A stretch of 64,000 nt of DNA from the human T2T-CHM13v2.0 reference genome, Homo sapiens: assembly GCF_009914755.1 (NCBI RefSeq), contig NC_060930.1. One strand, written 5' to 3'. Every line of letters starts with the position of its first letter. Within the stretch, counting starts at the first letter, position 1. The position numbers and the translations under genes are program-made. This document shows positions 13,015-30,052 of the stretch, one piece after another. The notes under the pieces are model-generated. The model did no database searches, had not been told where the DNA came from, and saw only the letters and a program-made list of their open reading frames with translations.

Positions 13015-14269
13015 TTTCAGCAATATTTTTACACCATAAAGCAGGTAATAAGCAAAAAAAAAAAAAAAAAAAAAAAAAAATCACAGTGAGTAAAGCTCGT
13101 AGATCTTGGCTTCATGTAGGGCATTGTTGAAAATCTGCCTTTGATATGTCCATCTTGGACACGTACCATATAATAGCCCTTTTTGGATGGGATGCTTATA
13201 TGGAAAATTCTGGGCATGTGTAGAAAAGTTACATTGCAACTGAGAGGGCTGAAAGGTCTTTTTTTTTTTTTTTTCCTTTTGAGGATACTGAATAAAATGT
13301 GTGTTGTGTCACTGCATTTTGACTGAAACCTGTCAAATGAGATAGGGTGTGGAATTTTCCACTTGTGGCATTACATTGGCACTCAAAAAATTTCAGATTT
13401 TGGAGCATTTCAGATTTTGGAGCATTTCAGATTTTTGGATTAAGGATGCTCAACCTGTAAGTAATTTTAAAAGTGCCTGTCATACTGTAAATGCCAAATA
13501 AGAATTTATCGTGCTTATCACATATGGTTCACCTATTTTATTCTCAGACATAAAACTGTTTTATCCTTTAGTAAAAACTTACTAAATAACTACAAATTAC
13601 TTTATTCTGTGGATGGTCAATTTTAATATAAATATATCACTGTTCTTTACTCTGTATTGACTGACTATTTTTATATACACTGGCTCTTAATACCTGTTAT
13701 AGTATTATTGGAGGATAGAATGATCATCATTGAGATTATGAAGTGTCAAAACATGATAAAATGCTTACCTTAAATAACGTAAAAGGAACATGGTGTCTCT
13801 AATGAGTCTGTGACTTTAGGTGAAGAGGTTATAAAACACAATATTAGTAGCATAGGTTAAGTACTATTAGCTACATTTGAAAAAAGGTGTAGTGAAAAAA
13901 GGTGATGAAAAAAGCTACATCAGAAAAATAGTAGCCATTTCTCAAGCAGAAATTAAAAGGATAGAGAGAGTCCAGAAATGTAGTATTGGTTGGTCTGGAA
14001 AGGAAACTTCTCAACGTGGATTAAAACACGATCTCCATAGAATTGATCAAATCAGGGATGTTGCATTAATCTAGTTACATTCTCTGTGTATAAAGGTGGT
14101 GTTCAGTGATGCCCAGAGAGAATCAGCTAATGCTTTAGCTAACTTCTGGAAACCTGAGAGGTTCAAGATACACACAATTAAGTCTAGAAAGGTAGGCATA
14201 TGACTAAAAGGATTATGAATTTCGCTACAGTACATGGAGTTTACTAGAATTAAGTAGATAATTGACACA

Positions 14270-15445
14270 AAAAATGTTTAAAATACCTAGGAATACAGCT
14301 AATTGGGATTCAAAAGATCTCTACAATGAGAATTATAAAACACTGCTCAAAGAAATCAGAGAAGACACAAATGACAAATATCCCATGCTCATGGATAGGA
14401 AAACTCAATATAATTAAAATGACCATGCTGCCCAAAGCCATTTACAGATTCAGTGCTATTCCTATCAAACTACCAACAGCATTCTTCACAGAACTAGAAA
14501 GAAACTATTTTAAAATTCATATGGAACCAAAAAAAGAGCCCAAATAGCCAAGGCAATCCTAAGCAAAAAGAACAAAGTTGGAGGCATCACGTTACCCTAT
14601 TTCAAACAATATTACAGGGCTACAGTAACCAAAACATCATGGTACTGGTACAAAAACAGGCACATAGACCAATGGAACAGAATATAGAGCCCAGAGATAA
14701 GGCCACAGACCTATGACTACCTGATCTTGACAAAGCTGACAAAAACAAGCAATAGGGAAAATACTTTCTATTTAATCAGTGGTGCTGGGATAACTGGCTA
14801 GCCATATGCGGAAGACTGAAGCTGGACCCCTTCCTTACACTATATACAAAAATCAACTCAGGATGGATTAAAGACTTAAATGTTAAACTTAAAACTGTAA
14901 AATTCCTGAAGGCAACATAGGCGTAACCATTTTGGACATAGGAATGGGCAAAGATTTCATAATGAAGACACCAAAAGCAAATGCAACAAAAACGAAAACT
15001 GACGAGTGGGATCTAATTAAACTTAAGAGCACTTGCACAGCAAAAGAAACCATCAGAGTGAACAGACAACCTACAGAATGGGAGAAAATATTTGAAATCT
15101 ATCCATCTGACAAAGGTCTAATAGCAAGCATTTATAAGGAACTTAAACAAATTACAATACAAACACCAACAACCTCATTAAAAAGTTGGCAAAGAACTTG
15201 AATAGACACTTTTCAAAAGATGGCAAACATGCAGCCAACAAGCATATGAAGAAAAGCTCAATTTCACTTATCATTAGAAAGATGTAAATCAAAACCAGAA
15301 TGAGATACCATCTCACATCAGTCAGAATTGCTATTAATAAAATGTCAAAAATAGCAGACGCTGGCAAGCTTGTTGAGAAAAGGGAACACTTATACACTGT
15401 TGGTGGTAGTGTAAATTAGTTCAACCACTGTAGAAAGCAATATGG
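14270..15445 (+). mobile_element. LINE-1 ORF2 3' fragment (L1PA13-16/L1PB age), lacking 3'UTR
   Basis: ORFs 14326..14547 ('[15 protein letters not shown]...PKAIYRFSAIPIKLP') and 14932..15201. Confidence 0.85.
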
Positions 15446-15973
15446 TCATCAGATTCCTCAAAGTCAATGTGAAAGAAAAAAATCTTAAAGGCAGGAGGGT
15501 GGGGTCACATACAAAGGGAACCCCATCAGACCAAAAGCAGACTTTTCAGCAGAAACCATTCAAGCCACAAGAGATTGGTGGCTTATATTTAGCATCCTTA
15601 AAAAAATACAAGCAAGAATTTCACATCCAACCAAACTAAGCTTCATAAAAGAAAGAGAAATAAAATACTTTTCAGGTAAGCAACTGCTAAGGGAATTTGT
15701 TACCACCAGATCTGCCTTACAAGATATCATAAAGGGAGTGTTCGACCATAAAAGCAAACGACCAATACTTGTCACGATAAAAACTCACAGGTAAGTAAGT
15801 ACATAGCACACGGACACTATAACGCAAGTATATGATAATGTCTACATAATAACCAGCTAACAACACAATGACAACATGAAATTCTCACATTTCAATATTA
15901 ATCTTAAATGTAAATGGCCTAAATGCCCCACTTATAGACACAGAGTGGTAAGTTGGACAAAGAAGCAGCACTC

Positions 15974-16888
15974 CGAGGAGCCAAGATGGCCAAACAGGAA
16001 CAGCTCCGGTCTACAGCTCCCAGCGTGAGCGACGCAGAAGACTGGTGATTTCTGCATTTCCATCTGAGGTACCGGGTTCATCTCACTAGGGAGTGCCAGA
16101 CAGTGGGCGCAGGTCAGTGGGTGCGCGCACCGTGCACGAGCCGAAGCAGGGCGAGCCATTGCCTCCCTCCGGAAGCGCAAGGGGTCAGGGAGTTCCCTTT
16201 CCTAGTCAAAGAAAGGGGTGATTGACGGCACCTGGAAAATCGGGTCACTCCTACCCAAATACTGCGCTAATACTGCGCTTTTCCGACGGGATTAAAAAAC
16301 AGCGCACCACGAGATTATATCCCGCACCTGGCTTGGAGGCTCCTAGGCCCACGGAGTCTCGCTGATTGCTAGCACAGCAGTCTGCGATCAAACTGCAAGG
16401 CCACAGCGAGGCTGGGGGAGGGGCGCCCACCATTGCCCAGTCTTGCTTAGGTAAACAAAGCAGCAGGGAAGCTCGAACTGGGTGGAGCCTACCACAGCTC
16501 AAGGAGGCCTGCCTGCCTCTGTAGGCTCCACCTCTGGGGGCAGAGCACAGACAAACAAAAAGACAGCAGTAACCTCTGCAGACTTAAATATCCCTGTCTG
16601 ACAGCTTTGAAGAGAGCAGTGGTTCTCCCAGCACGCAGCTGGAGATCTGAGAACGGGCAGACTGCCTCCTCAAGTGGGTCTCTGACATCTGACCCCCAAG
16701 CAGCCTAACTGGGAGGCACCCCCCAGCAGGGGCAGAATGACACCTCACACAGCCGGGTACTCCAACAGACCTGCAGCTGAGGGTCGTGTCTGTTAGAAGG
16801 AAAACTAACAAACAGAAAGGACATCCACACCAAAAACCCATCTGTACATCACCATCATCAAAGACCAAAAGTAAATAAAACCACAAAG
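15974..16888 (+). promoter_or_regulatory. L1 5'UTR internal promoter (sense and antisense) with YY1 site
   Basis: YY1 motif caagatggcc at 15982-15991; relatively CpG-rich. Activity is not shown by the sequence. Confidence 0.75.
16251..16433 (-). CDS. L1 ORF0 (antisense 5'UTR ORF) variant with altered C-terminus, 60 aa
   Basis: 'MVGAPPPASLWPCSLIADCCASNQRDSVG...YNLVVR' matches primate L1 ORF0. ATG at 16433. An 11-bp duplication at 16258-16279 shifts the frame. Confidence 0.65.
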   Translation of the reverse strand: MVGAPPPASLWPCSLIADCCASNQRDSVGLGASKPGAGYNLVVRCFLIPSEKRSISAVFG

Positions 16889-17901
16889 ATGGGGAAAAAA
16901 CAGAATAGAAAAACTGGAAACTCTAAAAAGCAGAGTGCCTCTCCTCCTCCAAAGGAACGCAGTTCCTCACCAGCAATGGAACAAAGCTGGACAGAGAATG
17001 ATTTTGACGAGCTGAGAGAAGAAGGCTTCAGATGATCAAATTACTCTGAGCTACGGGAGGACATTAAAACCAAAGGCAAAGAAGTTGAAAACTTTGAAAA
17101 AAAATTAGAAGAATGTATAACTAGAATAACCAATACAGAGAAGTGATTAAAGGAGCTGTTGGAGCTGAAAACCAAGGCTCGAGAATTACGTGAAGAATGC
17201 AGAAGCCTCAGGAGCTGATGTGATGAACTGGAAGAAAGGGTATCAGCAATGGAAGATGAAATGAATGAAATGAAGCTAGAAGGGAAGTTTAGAGAAAAAA
17301 GAAAAAAAAGGAAACGAGCAAAGCCTCCAAGAAATATGGGACTATGTGAAAAGACCAAATCTACGTCTGACTGGTGTACCTGAAAGTGATGGGGAGAATG
17401 GAACCAAGTTGGAAAACACTCTGCAGGATATTATCCAGGAGAACTTCCCCATTCTAGCAAGGCAGGCCAACGTTCAGATTCAGGAAATACAGAGAACACC
17501 ATAAAGATACTCCTCGAGAAGAGCAACTCCAAGACACATAATTGTCAGATTCATTAAAGTTGAAATGAAGGAAAAAATGTTAAAGGCAGCCAGAAAGAAA
17601 GGTCGGGTTACCCTCAAAGGGAAGCCCATCAGACTAACAGCAGATTTCTCGGCAGAAACCCTAAAAGCCAGAAGACAGTGGGGGCCAATATTCAACGTTC
17701 TTAAAGAATTTTCAACCCAGAATTTCATATCCAGCCAAACTAAGCTTCATAAGTGAAGGAGAAATAAAATACTTTACAGACAAGCAAATGCTGAGAGATT
17801 TTGTCACCACCAGGCCTGCCCTAAAAGAGCTCCTGAAGGAAGTGCTAAACATGGAAAGGAACAACGAGTACCAGCTGCTGCAAAATCATGCCAAAATGTA
17901 A
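16889..17901 (+). pseudogene. L1 ORF1p (RNA-binding), disrupted
   Basis: ATG GGG AAA AAA at 16889 to 'aaaatgtaa' at 17901. Premature TGA codons near 17033, 17144 and 17216, plus frameshifts. Confidence 0.92.
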
Positions 17902-17964
17902 AGACCATCGAGACTAGGAAGAAACTGCATCAACTAACAAGCAAAATAACCAGCTAACATCATA

Positions 17965-21792
<3,828 letters not shown>

Positions 21793-21992
21793 ACAATGAG
21801 ATCACATGGACACAGGAAGGGGAACATCACACTCTGAGGACTGTTGTGGGGTGGGGAGAGGGGGGAGGGATAGCACTGGGAGATATACCTAATGCTAGAT
21901 GACGAGTTAGTGGGTGCAGCGCACCAACATGGCACATGTATACATATGTAACTAACCTGCACAATGTGCACATGTACCCTAAAACTTAAAGT

Positions 21993-21996
21993 ATAA

Positions 21997-22035
<39 letters not shown>

Positions 22036-22036
22036 A
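21993..22036 (+). repeat. (TAAA)n microsatellite derived from the L1 poly(A) tail
   Basis: About 10 TAAA units. Confidence 0.9.
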
Positions 22037-22610
22037 AAAGAAGCAGCACTCAACTGAATGCTGTCTTCAAGAGAGCCATCTTACATATAATGGAAACCAT
22101 GAACTTAAAGAAATGGAGAGAGAGATACCAAGCAAACAGAAAACAAAAAAGAGCAGAGGTTTCTATGCTTGTGTAAGAGAAAACAGATTTTAAACCAACA
22201 AGGATCCAAAAGGACAAAGAAGGACATCACATGATGATAAAGAGTTTAATTCAACAAGAAGACTTAACTATCCTAAATATATTTACATCCAACACTGGAG
22301 CACCCAGATTCATAAAACAAGTTCTCAGAAACCTATGAATAAACTTAGATAATCACATGTAATAAGAGTGCTGGACTTCAAGATTCCACTGATAGTGTTA
22401 GACAGAACACTGAGGCAGAGAACTAGCAAACAGATTCAGAACGTAAATAAACACTTGACCCAATGGACTTAACACATATCTACAGAATACTTCACCCAAC
22501 AACTACAGAATATACTTTATTCCCATCTTCACAATGCACATACTCTAAGATCAACCACATACTCACCCATAAAGCAATTCTCAAACCAAAATTTTTTTAA
22601 AAAGTTATAC

Positions 22611-24905
22611 TAGTAAGGTTTGGCTGTATCCCCACCCAAATCTCATCCTGAATTCCCATGTGTTGGGGGAGGGACCCGGTGGGAGGTAATTGAATCATGG
22701 GAAGAGGTCTTTCTTGTGCTGTTCTCGTGATAGTGAATAAGTCTCATGAAATCTAATGGTTTTAGAAAAGGGGAATTTCCCTGCACAAGCTCACTCTTTG
22801 CCTGCTGCCATCCACATAAAATGTGACTTGCTCCTCCTTGCCTTCCTCCGTGATTGTGAGTCCTCCCCAGCCACGTGGAATTGTGAGTCATAGTAAACCT
22901 CTTTCTTTTGTAAATTGCCCAGTCTCAGGTATGTTTTTGCCAGCAGTGTGAAAACAGACTAATGCAGCAAATTGGTACCAGTAGAATAGGGTGTTGCTGA
23001 AAAGATACCTGAAAATGTGGAAGTGACTTTGGAACTGGGTAACAGGAAGAGGTTGGAACTGTTTGGAGGGCTCAGAAGAGGACAAGAAAATGTAGGAAAG
23101 TTTGAAACTTACTAGAGATTTGTTGAATGGCTTTGAAAAAATGCTGGTAGTGATGTTAACAATAAGGTGCAGGCTCAGGTGGTCTCAGCTGGAGATGAGA
23201 AACTTGTTGGGAACAGGAGGAAAGATGATTCTTGTTATGTTTTAGCAAAGGGACTCATGGCATTTTTCCCCTGCCCTAGAGATTTGTGGAACTTTGAACT
23301 TGGAAGAGATGATTTGGAGTATCTGGTGGAAGAAATTTCTAAGCAGCAAAGCAGTCAAGATGTGACTTGGGTGCTGTTAAAGGCATTTAGTTTTATAAGG
23401 GAAGCAGAGCATAAAGTTTCAGAAAATTTACAGCCTGACAATGCTATAGAAAACAAAATTCCATTTTCTGAGGAGAAATTTAAGCTGGTTGCAGAAATTT
23501 TCATAAGAAACATGGAGCAAATATTAATCTTCAAGACAATGGGGAAAATTTCTCCAGGCCATGTCAGAAGTCTGCACGGTAGCTTCTCTCATTATAGGCA
23601 TGGATGCCTAGTTGGAAAAAGTGGTTTTGTGATCCCGGCCCAGGGTCTCCATGCTGTGTGCAGCCTAGGGACTTGGTGCCCTGCATCCCAGCCACTCTGG
23701 CCATGACTGAAAGTGGCCAATATGGAGCTCTGGCCATGGCTTCAGTGGGTACAAGCCCTAAGCCTCAGCAGCTCTTTCACATGGTGTTGAGCCTGCAAGT
23801 GCACAAAAGTCAAGAATTAGGGTTGGAAAAACTCTTCCCAGATTTCAGAAGATGTATGGAAACTCCTAAATGCCCAAGCAGAAGTTTGCTTCAAGGGCGT
23901 GGCCCTCATGGAGAACCTCTGCTAGGGCAGTGCTAAAGGGAAATGTGGGGTTGGAGCCCCCACACAGAGTCCCTATGAGGGCACTGCCTAGTGGAGCTGT
24001 GAGAAGAGGGCTATTGTCCTCTAGACCCCAGAATGATAGATCGACTGACAGCTTGCACCATGCACCTGGGAAAGCTGCACTCAATTCCAACCCCTTAAAG
24101 GCAGCTGAGATGGAGCCTGTGCCCTGCAAAGCTACAAGGGTGGAGCTTCCCAAAAGCATAGGGACCCACCTCTTGCATCAGCATAACCTGGATGTGAGAC
24201 ATGGAGTCAAAGGAGATCATTTTGGACCTTTAAGATTTGACTGCCCTGCTGGATTTTGGACTTGCATGGGGCCTGTAGCCCCTTTGTTTTGGCCAATTTC
24301 TCCCATTCGGAGTGGCTGTATTTACCCAATGCCTGTACCTTCATTGTATCTAGGAAGTAACTAACTTGCTTTTGATTTTATAGGCTCATAGGCAGAAGTG
24401 ACTTGCATTGTCTTGAATGAGACTTCGGACATTGGACTGTGGACCTTTGAGATAACTCTGAAATGAATTAAGGCTTTGGGAGACTGTTGGGAAGGCAAGA
24501 TTTGCTTGAAATGTGAGGACATGAGATTTGGGAGGGGCCAGGGGCAGAATGATGTGGTTTGGTTGTGTCCCTGCCTGAATCTCATCTTGAATTCTCACAT
24601 GTTGTGGGAAGAACCCAGTGGGAGGTAACTAAATCATGGTGGCAGGTCTTTCCCATGCTTTTCTAGTGATAAGGACTAAGTCTCATGAGATCTGGTGGTT
24701 TTAAAAAAGGGGAGTTTCCCTGCAAAAGCTCTCTTTTTGCCTGCTGCCATCCATGTAAGACGTGACTTGCTCATCCTTGCCTTCTGCCATGATTGTGAGT
24801 CCTCCTTAGCCATGTGGAACTGTGAGTCCAATTTAACCTCTTTCTTTTGTAAATTGCCCAGTCTTGGGTATGTCTTTATTGGCAACATGAAAATGGCCTA
24901 ATACA
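22611..24905 (+). mobile_element. Complete THE1 (THE1A/B-like) MaLR provirus: LTR 22611-22966, internal 22967-24549, LTR 24550-24905
   Basis: Two similar LTRs of about 356 bp ('ggtttggctgt...aatctcatc...ctaataca') around a 1.6-kb internal region with THE1-int ORF remnants (23167..23706). PPT 'ggggcagaa'. 5-bp TSD tatac/catac at 22606-22610 and 24906-24910. Confidence 0.93.
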
Positions 24906-26774
24906 CATACCAAACGCAGTCTCAGACCACAGCACAATGAAAATAGAAAACCAATAGCAGGAAGTTCTCTCAAAACCATGCAATTACATGGAAATTGAAC
25001 TGTATGACTTTTGGGTAAATAATGAAATTAAAGCAAAAATAAAACTCTAGTTGAAACAAATGAAAACAAGGATATAACTTAACACTATCTCTGGGACACA
25101 GCTAGAGCAGTGAAAGGAAGTTTTGTAACTCTAAATGCCTAAATAAAAAAATCAGAAAAATCTCAAATTAACATCTAACATCACACTTACAGAAACTAGA
25201 AAAACAAGAGCAAACTAACCCCAAAGCTATAAGAAAATAAATAACCAATATCAGAGCTGAAGGGAATGAAATTGATATCCAAAAATTCATACAAAAGATT
25301 AATGAAATCAAAAGTTCATTACTTGAAACAATAAATAAGATGATAGATCAGTAGCTAGATTATTAAAGAAAAAAGAGAAAAAATCCAAATAAACATAATT
25401 AGAAACTGCAAAGGGAACATTACCACCAACACCACAGAAATACAGACAACACTCAGAGACTAGTACAAACACCTATATATACAGAAACTAGATAAACTAG
25501 AAGAAAAAGATAAATTCCTGGAAAGGAACAACCTCTCAAGATTGAACGAGGAAGGAACTGAAACTCTAAAAAGACCAAGAATAGGTTCCAAAATGTAATC
25601 AGTATATAAAAAAAACCTATCAACCAGAAAAAGCCCTGGACCAGATGGATTCACAGCTAAATTTTACCAGATGTGCAAGGAAAAGCTGGTACCAATCCTA
25701 GTGAAACTATTCCAAAAAATTGAGAATGAGAGACTCTTCTTTAACTCATTTCATGAGACCAGCATCATTCTGATACCAAAACTTGGCAGACACAATGAAA
25801 AAAGAAAACTTTAGGGGATTATCCTTGATGAACATAGATGTAAAAATCCTCAACAAAATGCTAGCAAATCAAATCCAGCAGATTAAAAAGTGAATTCACC
25901 ATGATCAAGTAAGCTTCATTCCTGAGACACAATGTTGGTCCAACAAACAAATAAAGAAGTATGATTTATCACACGAACAGAACTAAAAACACAAACTGTA
26001 TGATTATCTCAATAGATGCAGAAAGGTTTTTGATAAAATTCAATATCCCATTAACATTAAAATTCCTCAACAAACTGTACATCAAAGCAACATACCTCAA
26101 AATAATAAGTGCCATCTATGACAAACCCACAGCCAACATCATAATGAATGGGCAAAAGCTGGAAGCATTCCCCTTGACAAGTGGAACATAATACTGGAGT
26201 ACCTAAAACTCCTATTAAACATAATACTGGAAGTCCCAGCCAGAGCAATCAGGCAAGAGAAATAAATGAAAGGTATCCAAATAGGAAGAGAGAACATCGT
26301 AAAACAAGTTCTTAGAGACCTATGAATAAACTGATAATCATACATACTGCTAGACTTGAACACCCCAGTGACAGTGTGAGATAGATCACTGAGGCAGAGA
26401 ACTAACAAACGTTATTACCTATCAAAATATCTCTGTTTGCAGATAATATGATTCTATACATAGAAAAACCCATAGTTTCTGCCCCAAAACTTCTAGATCT
26501 GATAAACATTAGAAAAGTTTCAGGATGGAAAGTCAATTTACAAAAATGAGTAGCATTTCTATACACCTACAACATCCAAGATGAGAGCCAAATCAAGAAT
26601 GCAATTCTATTCACAATAGCCACAAAAATAAAATATTTAGGAATGCAGTTAACCAAGGAGGTGAAAAATCTCTGCAATGGGAATTATAAAACACTGCTGA
26701 AACAAATCAGAGATGAAACAAACAAATAAAAGAACATTCCATGCTTATGGATAGGAAGAATCAATGTTGTCTAA

Positions 26775-26885
<111 letters not shown>

Positions 26886-29041
26886 TAACCAAAAAAGAGC
26901 CCAAATGGCCAAAGCAAACCTACAAAAAAAGAACAAAGCTGGAGGCATCACATTACCTGACTTCAAGCTATACTACATGTCTACAGTAACCAAAAAAGCA
27001 TGGTACTGGTACAACATAGACACATGGACCAATGGAACAGAATAGAGAATCCAGTAATAAAGCTGCACACCTACAACCATCTGATCTTTGACAAAGTCAA
27101 CAAAAACAAGCAATAGGGAAAGAACTCTCTATTCAGTAAATGGTGCTGGGATAACTGGCTAGCCATATGCAGAAGATTGAAACTGACCATTCCCCTTCAA
27201 AATATACAAAAATAAACTCAAGATGGATAAATACTTAAATGTAAGATCTAAAACTATATAAACCCTAGAAGAAAACCTAGGATATACCATTTTGGACATT
27301 GGCCTTGGCAAAGATTTCATGATGAAGTCCCCAAGAGCAATTGCAGCAAGAACAAAAATAGAGAAGTTGGACTAATTAAAGTAAAGAGCTTCTGCACCAA
27401 AAATGTATCTATCTATCAACAGAGTACTCAGACAACCTACAGAATGACAGAAAATATTTACCTACAGAATGAGAGAAAATATTTGCAAGCTATGCATCTG
27501 ATAAAGGTCTAATATCCTGAATCTATAAGGATCTTAAACAAACCAAGAAACAAAAAACAACCCCATTCACCAATGGGCAAAGGACATGAAAAGGAATTTC
27601 TCGAAAGAAGACATACATGCAGCCAACAAGCATATAAAAAATGCTCATTATCTCTGATTACCACATAACTGCAAATCAAAATAATAATAAAATATCATCT
27701 CCTATCAGTCAGAATGTCTATTATTAAAGAGTCAGAGAATACAGATATTGGTGAGGTTGCAGAGAAAAGGAAATGCTGATACTGTGAATGGAAATTAGTT
27801 CAGCCACAGTGAAAAGCAGTTTGGAGATCTCTCAGTGAACTTAAAACAGATCTACCTTTTGACCGAGTAATCTCATTACTGGGTATATACCCAAACAAAT
27901 ATAAATATTTCCACCAAAAAGACAGATGCTCTTGTGTGTTTATTGCAGCGCTATTCACAATAGCAAAGACATGGAATCAACCTGGATTGTCCATCACTGG
28001 TGGACTGGATACAGAAAATGTGGTATACATATAACATGGACTAGTATGCAGCCATAATTAAGTCATTTCCTTTGCAGTAACATGGATGCAACTGGTGGCG
28101 ATTATTCTAAGTGAATTAATACAGGAACAGAAAACCAAATACTGTGTATTGTCACTTATAAGTGGGAGCTAAACACTGAGTTTACATGAACACAAACAGG
28201 AGAATAATAGATACCAGGGCCTACTTGAGGGTGGAGAGTGGGAGGAGGGTAAGTATTGGAAAACTTCCTATCAGGTACAATGCTCACTACCTGGGTGATG
28301 AAATCATTTGTACACCAATCCCTAGTGACATGCAGTTTGCTCATGTAGCAAACTTGCACATCTACCCCCTGAAACTAATATAAAAGTTGAAAAAAAAATA
28401 AGAAAAATGCATCAGGTGACAATATCCTCTTGATTCTCTCACGCAGACACATTTAACATTTAAATATTTACATTTTAGGGCTAAAATTTGGAAAGGCATT
28501 TTACATGAACTTTATAAATACATGCAAGGTTTATGCATATTACACTAAGCAGTTTCATCTATAACTTTATGATACCCTTTTTTTTTAATTCTTTGAACCA
28601 CATTCTCCTGCACAATTCTGACTGATGTGTTTCTGAGCTTACAGTTTCCTTAGGTTTTACCATAGGGCTCAACAAATCTAGGACATGTCATGGATATCAA
28701 GGGACTTGTTATGTTTGTAAAGCCTTCCTTTTTCTGTCTCATGATGCCTATTTATTTATTCTTCAAGATTCTACTTACATTCCAACTCACCAAAACCTTT
28801 CCTAACATCCCAGGGCAAAATTAACTGATCTTTCTTCAGTGGTTCCACAGAATTTTGTTCACAGCACTCCTATAACTTCACGTGTTATTACACTCCATCT
28901 TATACTGTGAGAACTTTGTGGGTAATTACTAAGTTTTTCTTCTCTGTGGTGGGATGGTACCTAAAATAGTACCAGCCTCATGATATAATTCAATTCACGT
29001 TTGTCAGATCAATGGATGATTCTATAAATAATGATTTTGTA

Positions 29042-29510
29042 TGTGGCAAAGACTGCTAATTATTCCTCAACATCATTCTTCCCTCTTCCTTTACCAATAG
29101 ACATTGCTCCCTGAGTTTCAGCTGGGCATATGGCTGCTTGGTTAGAAACAAATTTCCCCATGTACTCAGGGGAATAATGTGAATATATGCGTATAAAGGG
29201 TATGTGAGCAAATGTGATGTGTGCAAATTCTGAGTCACTTTCATGGAAAAAAATTATGTTCCTTCTGTTTATTGTCATTACTTGAAAACCTGACAAGGAA
29301 GCTTTGGCATGCAGACAAGGGCCACACCCTGAGAGATGGAGGAGCAACAAGTTAGCAATAATCTGGGCACCTAGAAGACCTCATGAAACAAAACCACCTA
29401 CACACAATCCATATCCTTTTGGTCTGTGATGAGAGGGAAATAAACTTCTCTACCATTTGAGATTCCACCTCTGAGATGTCTGTTAGAGAAGCTAAGCCTA
29501 TATCCTATAT
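29042..29510 (+). mobile_element. MLT1I/J-like MaLR LTR
   Basis: Start 'tgtggcaaagactgc', later 'gagagggaaataaacttct'; degenerate. Confidence 0.55.
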
Positions 29511-29844
29511 CCCATGTAATCTACCCACTCTGTGCAGGGCAGTTGGTCCCATTGCAGATATATTTAGCAACTTTCAGTTCTGATGAATATTGTCACATCC
29601 TCTCTCTAGTTGCAGCAGCTCCATTAGCACACAATGAGCCACAGAACCAGCAACCCAAGCCAGTAACAGTGGCAGCACAACTCCAAACAGTAATAGGAGC
29701 TCTAAATAACTTTACAGCCAGAGCCAGCAGCTCCACTAGTTCCCAACAGTTGCTTCTGTCAGCAGTTTCACAGGATTTTTCAAGTTTGTTTCTTTGCCAC
29801 CAGATAGCTAAGTGTTATCTTCTTAGCATCTAAATGGCTGTATC

Positions 29845-30043
29845 TACTGATGTGTTGTAAATGTTTGACTCTGTAAAGCAAACAAAATAGCTCGTTTGTT
29901 TACTAATTTCCATGCGTAAATACTCCCAGCATGAACAATTTCATGCTATTAATTGCAATGTAAGTTCACTAAACGTGAAGTCAAGAAGAGTTGCACACAC
30001 ATGACTTTTTTGGCCTGTTAGGAGCTGCATCCAACACACCACA
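29845..30043. mobile_element. MER63-like hAT-Blackjack element
   Basis: 'taaatactcccagcatg...aagaagagttgcacac...ccaacacaccac' resembles MER63. Confidence 0.55.
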
Positions 30044-30052
30044 AACTTGACA

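Larger units (their letters stand above)
10448..13457 (-). mobile_element. Near full-length Tigger4 (Zombi) DNA transposon
   Basis: TIRs 'cagattgagtatcccttattc' (10448) and 'ggattaaggatgctcaacctg' (to 13457), each flanked by TA. About 2.7 kb after removing the Alu. Transposase remnants on the minus strand. Confidence 0.9.

Noticed and set aside
27435-27484. Short tandem duplications (25 bp here; 17 bp at 8691-8724; 30 bp at 57470-57540; about 20 bp at 63650-63692)
   Set aside because: Real but ordinary slippage duplications with no sign of function.
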